Source: Candidatus Cloacimonadales bacterium (GTDB lineage: Bacteria; Cloacimonadota; Cloacimonadia; Cloacimonadales; JAIOQZ01). Taken from it: DNA of 64,000 nt. The notes below the pieces were generated by a model. That model saw nothing but the letters and a program-made list of their open reading frames with translations, was not told where the DNA came from and searched no databases. The stretch lies in the NCBI GenBank assembly GCA_963662655.2, contig CAXXTU010000002.1, forward strand, positions 1,280,001 to 1,344,000, given 5' to 3'. The position numbers were made by a program, and so were the translations under genes. This document shows, piece by piece, positions 13,878-24,111 of the stretch (the first letter of the stretch is position 1; each line of letters starts with the position of its first letter).

Positions 13878-14612
13878 ATGTCTGAAGTTGAAGCTCTGAT
13901 GAAGAAAATCGATCCCACGAAAATGCCCCGTCACGTTGGCATCATCATGGACGGAAACGGTCGCTGGGCCAAGAAACACTTCGTGAAAAGGCTGACCGGA
14001 CATATCCGCGGCAGAGAGACCGTGCGCGAGATCATCACCGCCGCGGACGATATCGGACTCGAATGCCTGACCATCTACGCCTTCTCGACCGAGAACTGGA
14101 AGCGTTCTGCCCTGGAAGTAAAGGGACTCATGAAGTTGAACATCGATTCAATCGAGCAAAACATCGACGAGCTTCACCGAAAAAATTCCCGCGTTCAGTA
14201 TATCGGAAGTCGCATCAAAATAGATCAAGCCTACCTCAAGCGACTCGACGATATCACAAGGAAAACCTGGAACAACACCGGAATGAAGTTCAACATCGCC
14301 TTCAACTACGGCGGCCGCCAGGAGATCATCGAAGCGATCAACCAGATCGTGCAGGATCATCGAGAAGGCGGAATCCCGGAAATCACGGAGGAGATGATCG
14401 ACCAGCACCTTTATACGAAGGGCTTGCCGGAACCCGACCTGATCATCCGAACCAGCGGAGAGCTCAGGCTCTCGAACTTCCTGCTATGGCAGAGCGCATA
14501 TTCGGAGCTGTGGTTTACCGACACCCTCTGGCCCGATTTCACGGCAAAGGAATTCCTGGATGCGATCCTGGACTTCCAACAACGTAACCGCAAATTTGGA
14601 GCGAGGAAATAA
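13878..14612 (+). CDS. uppS: isoprenyl transferase / undecaprenyl diphosphate synthase
   Basis: HVGIIMDGNGRWA, YAFSTENWKR and RTSGELRLSNFLLWQ. Confidence 0.97.
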   Translation: MSEVEALMKKIDPTKMPRHVGIIMDGNGRWAKKHFVKRLTGHIRGRETVREIITAADDIGLECLTIYAFSTENWKRSALEVKGLMKLNIDSIEQNIDELHRKNSRVQYIGSRIKIDQAYLKRLDDITRKTWNNTGMKFNIAFNYGGRQEIIEAINQIVQDHREGGIPEITEEMIDQHLYTKGLPEPDLIIRTSGELRLSNFLLWQSAYSELWFTDTLWPDFTAKEFLDAILDFQQRNRKFGARK

Positions 14613-15436
14613 TGGAACTGATTTGGCGTCTTCTCCTTGCATTCTTTTTCATGCCCCTTATCCTCATCGTATTTTACTACGGTGGGGTACCGATGGTTAT
14701 CGCACTCTCGATACTCAATCTGATTGCAACCTTCGAGCTGAGGAAGATATTCATCGCAAAAGGTGTGCACGTACCCAAGCTTGTCATACCGCTCAACTTC
14801 CTGGTATTCATCTCCGGAACCTGGGGCGGACCGCCCACAATCATCGCCTCCATGCTGATTGTCTACTTCGTATTCACCGGCCACGATCTTCTCCATAACC
14901 GCCTCGATGGATCCTTGCAGCGCATCTCGGCGCTATTCTTCATCATGGTGTATGCAGGACTTTTTGTCTCTTCGTTTTACAACATACGTCAGGTCAAACC
15001 TCACGGGCAGTACATCATCATTTTCCTCCTGATCGTAACCTGGATAACGGACTCCGCGGCATATTTCGCCGGCAGATGGTTCGGGAAGCACCGCGAGGTA
15101 TTTCTCGCAAGCCCCAAGAAGTCGGTGGAAGGCTTCCTTGCGGCTGTGTTCTTTGCATTCATCGCGTCCATTGCTGCAAAACTGATTTTTCCCAATTGCC
15201 TCAACTGGATCGAGGCGATTCTCATCGGGTTCACGACAAGCATCTTCGGCCAGTTCGGAGACCTGGTGGAATCAATGATCAAGCGCGACGCAGGCATGAA
15301 AGACAGCTCGAACCTGATCCCCGGACACGGCGGAATCCTCGACCGGTTCGACAGCCTCCTTGCTTCCGCTCCGGTATTGTATGTAGTACTCCGCCTGGTA
15401 TACTTGTTTTCGTCGATCGAGATCGCAGGTTTTTAA
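14612..15436 (+). CDS. cdsA: phosphatidate cytidylyltransferase
   Basis: Polytopic membrane protein; SPKKSVEG and GDLVESMIKRDAGMKDSSNLIPGHGGILDRFDS; follows uppS. Confidence 0.96.
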   Translation: MELIWRLLLAFFFMPLILIVFYYGGVPMVIALSILNLIATFELRKIFIAKGVHVPKLVIPLNFLVFISGTWGGPPTIIASMLIVYFVFTGHDLLHNRLDGSLQRISALFFIMVYAGLFVSSFYNIRQVKPHGQYIIIFLLIVTWITDSAAYFAGRWFGKHREVFLASPKKSVEGFLAAVFFAFIASIAAKLIFPNCLNWIEAILIGFTTSIFGQFGDLVESMIKRDAGMKDSSNLIPGHGGILDRFDSLLASAPVLYVVLRLVYLFSSIEIAGF

Positions 15437-15563
15437 CAAAAAAAGCCGGCATCAATCCTATCACTATATTTTTTTTAATTCAGGAACGTTTTTTGCTTAC
15501 CTTTAACCATCTGTATTGGTGTTCCTATGTGACTTATAACTGTGAATTCTTCGGGAGGATTGT

Positions 15564-18476
15564 ATGAACCGAACCGTCACGCTGCTTCTCTTCTTGTTTA
15601 CAACCGCTTTCCTGGCATCAGAGCCACTGATGTGGGAGGAAAACGGGCTTCCGCTATATACGATATCTTATATCAGGTACGAAGGATCGAGCGCCCAAAA
15701 CGATGCCGGTGAGACGATAACAATGTGGGCAGATACCGTCGGAGGTTACTGCGATATCTTCGCCATGCGTTTCGACCCCGATGGCAACAACATGTGGGAT
15801 GAGCCTCGCAATATTTGCCACCACGCAACAACCCCCTGGTACCCGAGCATTTTCTCGACCGCAGACGGTAACTTGATGATCGTGTGGTGCGACATGTACG
15901 ACTACTATTACAACAACCTCTACCTCCAAAAGGTCGACTGGGATGGAAACCCGATTTGGGAGTCCCCGCTGATCGCAACCGACAGTTATATGGCGAAATA
16001 TCCCGAGTTCTCGTGCTTCCCGGACGCTGAGGGTGGAGCGTACCTGATGTGGCAATCTCCGGAAGGCTGGGAGAGTTACAACTGCGCGATCAATCATATA
16101 ACCAGCGACGGGGATATGGATTGGGAAGATGGCTACAGGCACCTCTTTGGCAACTGGAATTGCTTCAATCATCCGGTTCCTGTCTGCGCGGACGGAGAAG
16201 GCGGCATCATCGTTGCGAACATCGTCGATCTGGAGGACAAGTATCCATGTTACTGCGTGCAACGCTTTACGGCAGAAGGAGAAACGCCTTGGGGCGATGA
16301 AGGTTTTCTGATTTACGAAGAAACCAGTTACGGAGCGCTGACCCACCTCTTTCAATCTGGCGAAAATGAATATTCTGTCCTGTACTCCTTCGCCGATTCC
16401 ACCGGTTCATGGCTGCAAATCAAGCGCTTGAATCTCGATGGCGAAACTCTTTCGGAGAACAGTACCCAGATCGAGGAAGACATCTCCCAATACGAGTCGC
16501 AGGAAACTCTCATGGATCATGACGGCAATATCTTCATATCATGGGCGGTTTCCAAGGACTACATTCCCTACAATTACATCTTGAAGATTACTCCGGATAA
16601 CGAGTTCAGCGTCTTCGGCAATTCCATGTTCGAAACTGAACCGCAAGTGGGCTATATTAGAGAAATTGAATTGGCGTGCGACACAGACGGAAACCTTTAC
16701 AACCTCTGGACTTTCGATGATTACGACTTCATGAACCTTCACATTCAGAAATACGATACCGAAGGCCGGGCGCAGTGGGATCAAACACAGCAGGTAGTTC
16801 TCGAAGGAGCCATGGATATCAGCGATGTTGCTTTGAACGTTGCCGAAGATCATGCAATCATCAACTGGGCGGATAACCGCAGCAATTACCTGAGCGTTTA
16901 CAAGCAATGCCTGACAAGCTCTGGCGATCACATTTTCGTTGAGGGTGGTGAGCTGATTCATGAAGGCTGGTGTTCGAATAACCAGACTTCTGCTTTCACG
17001 GACATGAATCACCGTGTCGATCGGCTATCCGTGGCATGGTCGAATCTGTTCGATAGTAGCTGCTATCTACAAACCATTGACATGGACGGAGAGACAGGTG
17101 CAGGCGCGAACGGTACAAAAATCCTGAGTAATCCGCGCTACAAATATCGGATCCAATCCATTATCGACTTCGAGAACGACGTCATCGTCGTGTGGACCCA
17201 AGAGTTTGACGATCACATTTCGATCCGCGCAAATCGTTTCGACGCAAATGCCAACCGAGTGTGGGACAGCGACCTCATCATCGCCGAATACTCACCGGAT
17301 GACGATTGGACGATCAATAATATCCAGGTATCGCAATATCTCAGCAATGTGCTTGTGGCCTGGCAGGAATTCAATAATCCTCTCGACAGAATCCGCGTGC
17401 AAAGGATCGCCAACGGCGAGCTTGCCTGGGATGAGCCGATGATTATCAATGAAGACAGCGCCTCCAACTACCTCCTGATGCACATGGAAGACGACTATAT
17501 TGTCTGGCTGAGTAATTATTACCGTGTTATCCGTATCACGATGGATGGCGGTATCTATGAGAATTGGGAGGAAGACGGCACGGTAATCACGACCCTCCCT
17601 TATAGCCAGAATTTCTGGGATTACACCAATACCGAGGATGGACTGGTCATCACCTGGAAAATGCAGCATGATGACGACACCATTCGACTTCAACTCGTCC
17701 ATCAGGATGGTACAAAGGAATGGGTCAACAGCCTTGCCATTGCTTCCGATTCCTACATCCAGTCACCTGCTTCCATCGTGATCGATAAGAACCTGTATGT
17801 GTTCTGGACCCACGAATCATTGAACATCAATGCCTTTACCATTCACGGTGAAACTCTGTGGGATTCAGTACATGTTTATAATGAATGCCCGGGGAGTGTC
17901 TCGGACGTTTCAAAAACCCCGGACGGCATTTTGTTATCGGGAGCAGGAACTTCCGGTGGCTGGAACAACAACAATATCTGGTTGCAGCACATGAATTTAG
18001 ACGGCACTTTCACCGATGATCCGATCATCGTTTGTGACGCCGTCGGATCACAACACACCCCCAGACTTATTGACGCGGAAAACAACAAGTACTTCATCAT
18101 GTGGAAGGACTACCGGACAAACACACCGTACTATGAATATTACGTTCAGCTATTCGATTACGAGCAGACGAAAACCGAGCAGGATCAGGACGCTCCCGGG
18201 CTGAGCCCGAACCTGACGAATTATCCCAATCCCTTCAACCCGACGACAACCGTTCAGTTCTCTCTGGCAAAGGAATCGGAGGTTGAGCTGAAGGTCTATA
18301 ATGTGAAAGGACAGCTCGTGAAAACACTTCAGAAAGACATCCTGCCCTCGGGAAGGCATTTCCTTGAATGGAACGGCGAGGACAACAGGAGCCGTAGCGT
18401 CTCTTCCGGCGTTTACCTGATGAATCTCAACATCGACGGCAGGGACTATCGCAGGAAAATTTTACTGCTGAAATAA
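15564..18476 (+). CDS. large secreted beta-repeat protein with C-terminal FlgD-Ig/T9SS-like sorting domain
   Basis: Signal peptide, repeated 'Q(K/R)...G...W' beta-propeller-like units, and C-terminal NYPNPFNPTT...YNVKGQLVKTL...SSGVY...LLLK. Confidence 0.8.
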   Translation: MNRTVTLLLFLFTTAFLASEPLMWEENGLPLYTISYIRYEGSSAQNDAGETITMWADTVGGYCDIFAMRFDPDGNNMWDEPRNICHHATTPWYPSIFSTADGNLMIVWCDMYDYYYNNLYLQKVDWDGNPIWESPLIATDSYMAKYPEFSCFPDAEGGAYLMWQSPEGWESYNCAINHITSDGDMDWEDGYRHLFGNWNCFNHPVPVCADGEGGIIVANIVDLEDKYPCYCVQRFTAEGETPWGDEGFLIYEETSYGALTHLFQSGENEYSVLYSFADSTGSWLQIKRLNLDGETLSENSTQIEEDISQYESQETLMDHDGNIFISWAVSKDYIPYNYILKITPDNEFSVFGNSMFETEPQVGYIREIELACDTDGNLYNLWTFDDYDFMNLHIQKYDTEGRAQWDQTQQVVLEGAMDISDVALNVAEDHAIINWADNRSNYLSVYKQCLTSSGDHIFVEGGELIHEGWCSNNQTSAFTDMNHRVDRLSVAWSNLFDSSCYLQTIDMDGETGAGANGTKILSNPRYKYRIQSIIDFENDVIVVWTQEFDDHISIRANRFDANANRVWDSDLIIAEYSPDDDWTINNIQVSQYLSNVLVAWQEFNNPLDRIRVQRIANGELAWDEPMIINEDSASNYLLMHMEDDYIVWLSNYYRVIRITMDGGIYENWEEDGTVITTLPYSQNFWDYTNTEDGLVITWKMQHDDDTIRLQLVHQDGTKEWVNSLAIASDSYIQSPASIVIDKNLYVFWTHESLNINAFTIHGETLWDSVHVYNECPGSVSDVSKTPDGILLSGAGTSGGWNNNNIWLQHMNLDGTFTDDPIIVCDAVGSQHTPRLIDAENNKYFIMWKDYRTNTPYYEYYVQLFDYEQTKTEQDQDAPGLSPNLTNYPNPFNPTTTVQFSLAKESEVELKVYNVKGQLVKTLQKDILPSGRHFLEWNGEDNRSRSVSSGVYLMNLNIDGRDYRRKILLLK

Positions 18477-18506
18477 CCTGACAACTCGCAGAGGTTGTTG
18501 TTCTGT

Positions 18507-18530
18507 AAAGGGGCGTTCTTCGCCCCTTTT
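18507..18530 (+). terminator. intrinsic terminator
   Basis: aaaggggcg-ttctt-cgccccttt hairpin ending in a T tract, just after the 970 aa gene. Confidence 0.7.
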
Positions 18531-18618
18531 ATATTCTCAGGGTATCTGATCATTTTTTTGTTTGACATTCTCCTTACGGATACGTAATTTTCGATCGTTA
18601 CCGGCACATGAGGCAAAT

Positions 18619-21522
18619 ATGAAACGCTTGTACTCGATACTGTTACTCGTCCTCTTGTTCATCGGCAATCTTTGCGGAAGCTGCCTTTTGTGGCAGGATA
18701 ACGGTTTACCGCTGATCAACAGCGCCAACATCCAATTCAACGGTTTCAGCAAACACAACGACGACGGTTCCCTGATCATCGTATGGGCCCAAACGGTTAA
18801 CGGCAGCCACGATGCATACGCAATGCGCCTCGACGCAGATGGCGGACCCATGTGGGATGCCCCCCGGAATGTGTTCTCCAGTAAACTCCCGGTCGAAATC
18901 CTCTCTCTCGAAAGGACATCCGACAATCTTCTGGTTCTCGGGGTGTCCCTGCTAAGTCCATCCCACAACTTACAGCTTGGTATAACCAAGTTCGACTGGC
19001 ATGGAAATCCCGTTTGGGATCAACCTTGCTATTGGAATCCCTATCCTGTATCCTACTTCCACTGCTTCGAACTCATTCCCGACGAGATGGGCGGCGTTTT
19101 TCCCATCATTCAATTATCCGTTGATTACTATGAGAAGATCAATGCATTGCATATCGACAGATCCGGCGAAAACCTTTGGCCGGGCGGCCAGGTCCTTTTC
19201 GAAGATGCCGTTGTTATCAGCGAACGCTTCGGCTGCTGCGATGACGGTCAGGGCGGGATCATCGTAAGCAGCCTGATTCAGTTGGCAAATTATCAGTGTC
19301 AGCTTGTCGCACAGCGCGTCATGGCCGACGGCTCCATTCCCTGGAGCGAAAGTGGCTACAAGGAACTGGGAGCCAGAACCGAATATTCGTTAGCCGATAT
19401 CGTCAGGACAGCGCCGGACACATTCACCGTCTTGAGCTCGAGTACCACGACGTCCCAGCCGAACCTCATGTTTCAGATAATCGATATCGACGGTAATTTC
19501 ATTCACGAAGACCCGCTACGGATCGGGTATTACGTATACCACTTCAGCACGTATGATCTGGTCGCCGATGGAGCGGGAAATCTGCTGTTTAGCTGGAGCG
19601 AGCGGGAATCCGAAACAACCGTTATCCAGTTAGCGAAGATTTCGGCAAACAACCGGATTCTCTGGCAGGAGAGCGCTTGCGATCAAAATGGCAACGTCAA
19701 CTACGTCAGCGATACGAAACTCACTTTCGATCCCGATGGGCACATCATCGAGGTATGGGCAAATGTCCATGACAATTCGACGATCTCGTTACGGAAGTAC
19801 AGTCCCGACGGAAATCCGGAGTGGTCTTCAGCTTTGGAACTGGAAGCATTTGTCGCTTCAGAGCTTGGCCTTGTCTACACGGATAACTCGCTGAAGGTTT
19901 TGTGGCTGAACAACATCGACAGCCAGTCTTCCATCTATGAGCACGTGTTCAACACCAGCGGATCGGGATTCCAGAACGCACGAAGTATTGAGCTGGTTCC
20001 CGGCTGGAATTGCTATCTCAACGAATATCACATCGGCGAACGACCGGGAAAGGCAGCGGAGATTTTCTTCTTTAGCTGGCTTCAACCATACGACAGGGCT
20101 TACTTCCTTCAGGCTGTCGATGACGATGGGAATATCGGAATCCCTCCGCACGGATCAAGCATTCCCATTGGCTGCTGCGACGAAAATCACATGCTCTGCA
20201 TCGAGCCGTTCGAGAACGATGCGATATGCTTCTGGACCTCGGAGGTGGACGGCGTTCTATCGCTTTACGCCAATCGATTCAGTTCGACCGGCGAGCCGAT
20301 GTGGAACCACGACATCCTCGTGACGCAAGCAGGTCTCTGCGATAACACCGAGATAACCGAAATCGTCGTCGAACGCCATCGAGATGGCTTTTTCGTGGCG
20401 TGGGAGGAGCACGGAGAGCAGGGACAGCGCATTCGTGCCCAGAGAATCGAGGAAGGCGGTCTCGCCTGGGATGAGCCGGCAGTCATCGGTAGCGCGGTTG
20501 TTGCCGATCTTGAACTTCTGATGGTTGTGGACGAGTACTTCCTCTGGCGAGCAGGCGGCTACAAAGTTCTGCGGATCACGCCGGAAGGATTGCCGCACGA
20601 AGACTGGAATCCATATGGCGAAGACCTTAAAACCGGTATGGATACCATCACGCACTGCCAGGCGATCAACACCGAGGAAGGGCTTGTCGTTATGTGGCTG
20701 ACAAGCGAAACCGGTGTCAGGTCGCTCGTTCTGCAAGTCATGCATCAGGATGGAAACTCGCAGTGGTTCAATGGATTTCAAATCCTCGAAGAGAGTCATA
20801 TCTTCAATCCGCAGATACGGATGGAAGGGAAAGACCTCTACATCTTCTGGGAAACATTCGACGGTGTGAAGGTTTCAAAGCACAATCTGTACGGCGAAAC
20901 GTTGTGGCCATCTCAAGTGGAGTTCCCCGGAGATGACATCATGATCGAGGATATCGAAGCTTCGCCCGATGGATTCCTGTTCACTTACAATCACAAAACG
21001 TTCAGCGACCGGGAGCGAAACATCTATCTCCAGCATATTGACTATTCGGGGAACCTCTGGCCGGAGGAAGTCGTTGTGTGCGATTACGTCGGAGAGCAGT
21101 TCAACTCGAACATCATCCGCTCCGTGAATAACCAGTACTGGATCGTGTGGGAGGATCAACGCCTGGTGGGAATCTGCCCCGAGTTGTTTGCACAGCTTCT
21201 GGATTACAGATCCACATCGAACGATCCCGACACGCTCATCCCGGCATTCGAAAGCAAACTCACCCTATACCCGAACCCATTCAATCCCGAAACAACCTTG
21301 TCGTTTTCCCTGGCTCAGGACTCCCCCATCGAGTTGAGCGTATACAACGCAAAAGGCCAGCGTGTACGCACGCTTTGCCGTGAAACGCTTCGGGCCGGGA
21401 ATCATACGATTCAATGGGATGGGAAAAACGATCGCAACGAGGGCGTATCCTCCGGGGTGTACCTCATCAAATTGAATACCGGCAAGAAGGAGTTTCTGAC
21501 GAAAGCGCTCCTGCTCAAGTGA
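18619..21522 (+). CDS. large secreted protein, paralog of 15564..18476
   Basis: Start moved to MKRLYS (signal peptide). Colinear with the upstream gene (W-x-x-NGLP, PDxxGG, DGxGGIIV, LAWDEP, NTExGLV, VCDxVG) and has the same YPNPFNP C-terminal domain. Confidence 0.8.
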   Translation: MKRLYSILLLVLLFIGNLCGSCLLWQDNGLPLINSANIQFNGFSKHNDDGSLIIVWAQTVNGSHDAYAMRLDADGGPMWDAPRNVFSSKLPVEILSLERTSDNLLVLGVSLLSPSHNLQLGITKFDWHGNPVWDQPCYWNPYPVSYFHCFELIPDEMGGVFPIIQLSVDYYEKINALHIDRSGENLWPGGQVLFEDAVVISERFGCCDDGQGGIIVSSLIQLANYQCQLVAQRVMADGSIPWSESGYKELGARTEYSLADIVRTAPDTFTVLSSSTTTSQPNLMFQIIDIDGNFIHEDPLRIGYYVYHFSTYDLVADGAGNLLFSWSERESETTVIQLAKISANNRILWQESACDQNGNVNYVSDTKLTFDPDGHIIEVWANVHDNSTISLRKYSPDGNPEWSSALELEAFVASELGLVYTDNSLKVLWLNNIDSQSSIYEHVFNTSGSGFQNARSIELVPGWNCYLNEYHIGERPGKAAEIFFFSWLQPYDRAYFLQAVDDDGNIGIPPHGSSIPIGCCDENHMLCIEPFENDAICFWTSEVDGVLSLYANRFSSTGEPMWNHDILVTQAGLCDNTEITEIVVERHRDGFFVAWEEHGEQGQRIRAQRIEEGGLAWDEPAVIGSAVVADLELLMVVDEYFLWRAGGYKVLRITPEGLPHEDWNPYGEDLKTGMDTITHCQAINTEEGLVVMWLTSETGVRSLVLQVMHQDGNSQWFNGFQILEESHIFNPQIRMEGKDLYIFWETFDGVKVSKHNLYGETLWPSQVEFPGDDIMIEDIEASPDGFLFTYNHKTFSDRERNIYLQHIDYSGNLWPEEVVVCDYVGEQFNSNIIRSVNNQYWIVWEDQRLVGICPELFAQLLDYRSTSNDPDTLIPAFESKLTLYPNPFNPETTLSFSLAQDSPIELSVYNAKGQRVRTLCRETLRAGNHTIQWDGKNDRNEGVSSGVYLIKLNTGKKEFLTKALLLK

Positions 21523-21615
21523 CCCCCATCGGCCAGGAAGATTGCAATAATTTCTTGACATTGCCCCCCATAATCTGCAACTGATATTTCAGCACCCACA
21601 ACCAAGGAGCCATAT

Positions 21616-22347
21616 ATGACAAACTATGATCAAGAACAACTGAAGAAATATCTGGAGATGGACGAAGTTGATTTATTTGAAAACTTAGCAACAGAATTGA
21701 TGAATACTGATGTTTCTCTGAATGATACGTATGAATCATCCAGAGAGTCATTTGGAGATTCTACAGATTTTGATTTATTTCTCGATAAGCTGAATGATGA
21801 TCAGGATTGGGATAATGATTATAGTGATGATCCTGATTCTCTTCATTATAAACTACCGATGGATTCTGATGCTGATTTCCTTCCCCATGAAGGTCATGCA
21901 GCAGGAGTAGGCAATATCGCTATCTCCTGGTTCGAGCGCAACATGATCCTGTTCTACGGCCTGCTTTGCGTTGAGAACAAGCTGCGGGAGAGGCTCAACG
22001 AATCCGCGCTATCGGACAAGCTCACACTCGGCACGGCAATCCTGGATATCATCGCATCGGTTTCATGGGGAATTCCACCGTTTGCCGTTACGGCTCTCTT
22101 GGTGAAGGTTGGCGTGAATCAACTGTGTAAGTGCAATCATGAATTGGACGCGGATTATGTGAGTGGACAAGTGGAGAAGGCTTCCGCCTATATCTCGACA
22201 ATCAGAAAGGAAAGAACAGGGGAAAATCTAAGCGAAAACGATGCGAAGAAAATCCGTATCCTCAAGGCCGTAATCCAGTCACGCTACGAGGAGCGCCACA
22301 TGGAAATCCTTGAACGATTCGAGGTGGAAATCCCACCGTACGAATAA
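21616..22347 (+). CDS. hypothetical protein
   Basis: 243 aa ORF with an AAGGAG SD; acidic, AT-rich N-terminal half; no family recognised. Confidence 0.65.
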   Translation: MTNYDQEQLKKYLEMDEVDLFENLATELMNTDVSLNDTYESSRESFGDSTDFDLFLDKLNDDQDWDNDYSDDPDSLHYKLPMDSDADFLPHEGHAAGVGNIAISWFERNMILFYGLLCVENKLRERLNESALSDKLTLGTAILDIIASVSWGIPPFAVTALLVKVGVNQLCKCNHELDADYVSGQVEKASAYISTIRKERTGENLSENDAKKIRILKAVIQSRYEERHMEILERFEVEIPPYE

Positions 22348-22351
22348 ACTG

Positions 22352-22840
22352 CTAACCGATATCGATGTCTTTTCTCTGGAGCACGTAGATGATCTCGCCG
22401 TACTTGTTTTCCTTAGCCTGATCCGCGAAGCCCATGCTCTTGTACAGGTTTTGAGCGATTACGTTTTCCTTCTCGACGGTCAGGCTAATCATTTCGCACG
22501 CAGGGTGCTGCCGTAAAACAAACTCGAGCATCTTCGCCATCGCTGCTTTTCCGTATCCCCTATGCTGATATTTCATGTCGATCAGGAACCCTCCGATCCA
22601 GTAGTTGTCCTTGCTTCCGGGAGTATAGGACAAGTAGAAGAGCCCGATTGGAATACCCTCCATGTAGATCGCATAAGGATCGACGGCTTCATCCCAAGGC
22701 CTGATGTATGCCACGGCCAGAGATTCGGCAGGGGAAGGTACGAATTCCCTCTGCTCCGGCTTGACCTGAAGATCGAGCACAGCTTCCCAGTTTTCTCGCG
22801 TTATCGCTACGATTCGAATCGAATCAGAAATTCCATCCAT
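22352..22840 (-). CDS. GNAT acetyltransferase (spermidine/diamine acetyltransferase-like)
   Basis: YQHRGYGK acetyl-CoA motif, NVIAQNLYKSMGF, and an ITRENW...LQVKPEQREFV N-terminus like BltD/SpeG-type enzymes. Confidence 0.85.
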   Translation of the reverse strand: MDGISDSIRIVAITRENWEAVLDLQVKPEQREFVPSPAESLAVAYIRPWDEAVDPYAIYMEGIPIGLFYLSYTPGSKDNYWIGGFLIDMKYQHRGYGKAAMAKMLEFVLRQHPACEMISLTVEKENVIAQNLYKSMGFADQAKENKYGEIIYVLQRKDIDIG

Positions 22841-22862
22841 ACGCTTTGGCCTCGTTTCCCTG

Positions 22863-22896
22863 AAAAAAAAACGAGGACTGTTTCCAGTCCTCGTTT
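22863..22896 (-). terminator. intrinsic terminator after pilin-like gene
   Basis: 12 bp stem aaacgaggactg/cagtcctcgttt with an A9 tract that reads as a U tract on the minus strand. Confidence 0.8.
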
Positions 22897-22913
22897 AAGC
22901 ATTCTCATTTCGA

Positions 22914-23315
22914 CTAATAAGCTGCCTGCTGCGTTGTCTCGAATGTGTTGTTACCACTTGCATCGATGGTGCACTGAACAACCCACGGAGTTGCGCCTTG
23001 CTTGCCTGTTGCTTGAAGAACAACTTCGTCCGCTTCATTAGAGATGAGTGTGTAAGTCGCGTTGTCGTTATCAAGCGCTTCGGCTGTACCGAGGTCTGCT
23101 TCTTCGAGATCTTCATAAGATCCGCCACCACCGTCCATGCCGGTAGGGGTGATTCTGAATTTGTAAACTTTTGCCGAAAGGTTTGTAAGGTCAGCAATGA
23201 TAGCATCTTTGTTCGAATTCAGAGCGTGATCTCTGAACATTGTAATACCGACTGCCACAGCGACACCGACGAGGATAACGCTAAGCACGATGAGCAGAAT
23301 TTGTTGTTGTCCCAT
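22914..23315 (-). CDS. pilin-like protein (MGQQQ N-terminal hydrophobic helix), copy 1
   Basis: AAGGAG SD before MGQQQILLIVLSVILVGVAVAVG; 133 aa; long N-terminal helix then beta strands. Confidence 0.7.
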   Translation of the reverse strand: MGQQQILLIVLSVILVGVAVAVGITMFRDHALNSNKDAIIADLTNLSAKVYKFRITPTGMDGGGGSYEDLEEADLGTAEALDNDNATYTLISNEADEVVLQATGKQGATPWVVQCTIDASGNNTFETTQQAAY

Positions 23316-23351
23316 TGTAGTCTCCTTGTTTTTGGATTTGCTATTAACATT

Positions 23352-23367
23352 TGCAATGCCTGTGCCA
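23352..23367 (-). promoter_or_regulatory. sigma54 -24/-12 promoter
   Basis: Minus strand TGGCACAGGCATTGCA matches TGGCAC-N5-TTGCA, 37 nt upstream of the ATG at 23315. Confidence 0.75.
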
Positions 23368-23545
23368 AACATGAGCACAGAATACCATATCTACCTGTTT
23401 ACCTTGTGATTACAAGCAGTCCCGGGCTGTTTCCTTTAATGTTTCCTTTCCACGATGCATCCCGATTCTTCTCAAATCGAGTACAATCTGTCAGAAATAT
23501 CTTACAGGCCGTACATTAATTATTACACATATTCGCTGTCAATGA

Positions 23546-23947
23546 TCAGTATCTGGCTTCTTGCGTTGTCACGATCGTTTTGTGGCCGCCGCTATCCACC
23601 GTGCATTGAAGAATCCAGGGCGTAGAGCCCATTTTACCGGTCCCCTGGATGATCACCTCGTCCGCTTCGACAGAAACCAGTTCGTAGGTACCATGTTCGT
23701 TGTCCAGCATGTCGGGAATACCGAGATCGGACTCCGTCATATTTGCGTAAGACCCGCTTCCCCCGCCCATTACGATCGTCATCATGCGATACTTGAACGC
23801 TCGTTCGGCAAACCATATCAAATCAGAACGGATGTCATCCTGATTCCCGTCCAAAGCCTGATCACGAAAGAGCTGAGCTCCCACGCCAACTGCCACGGCG
23901 ATCAGAATCACCCCTATAACAATCAGTAATATTTGCTGTTGTCCCAT
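23546..23947 (-). CDS. pilin-like protein (MGQQQ), copy 2
   Basis: 133 aa paralog of 22914..23315 (shared LDNxxxTYxLxSxEADEV...GKxGxTPW...QCTxD). Confidence 0.7.
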   Translation of the reverse strand: MGQQQILLIVIGVILIAVAVGVGAQLFRDQALDGNQDDIRSDLIWFAERAFKYRMMTIVMGGGSGSYANMTESDLGIPDMLDNEHGTYELVSVEADEVIIQGTGKMGSTPWILQCTVDSGGHKTIVTTQEARY

Positions 23948-23982
23948 GTAGCACCTTCAATACATTGAATTATTGTTTCAAA

Positions 23983-23998
23983 TGCAATAACGCGTCCA
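23983..23998 (-). promoter_or_regulatory. sigma54-like -24/-12 promoter
   Basis: Minus strand TGGACGCGTTATTGCA has GG and GC at the correct spacing, 36 nt upstream of the ATG at 23947. Confidence 0.6.
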
Positions 23999-24111
23999 AT
24001 CGTAAGCCAGCGCGGTAAAGAAAGAATCTGATTGACAATTCACAAGCTCGTCGCAGTTTATCGGCATCCTGGGAGTAACTTCCGGGAAAACTATTTTCTA
24101 AGGGGTGAACT

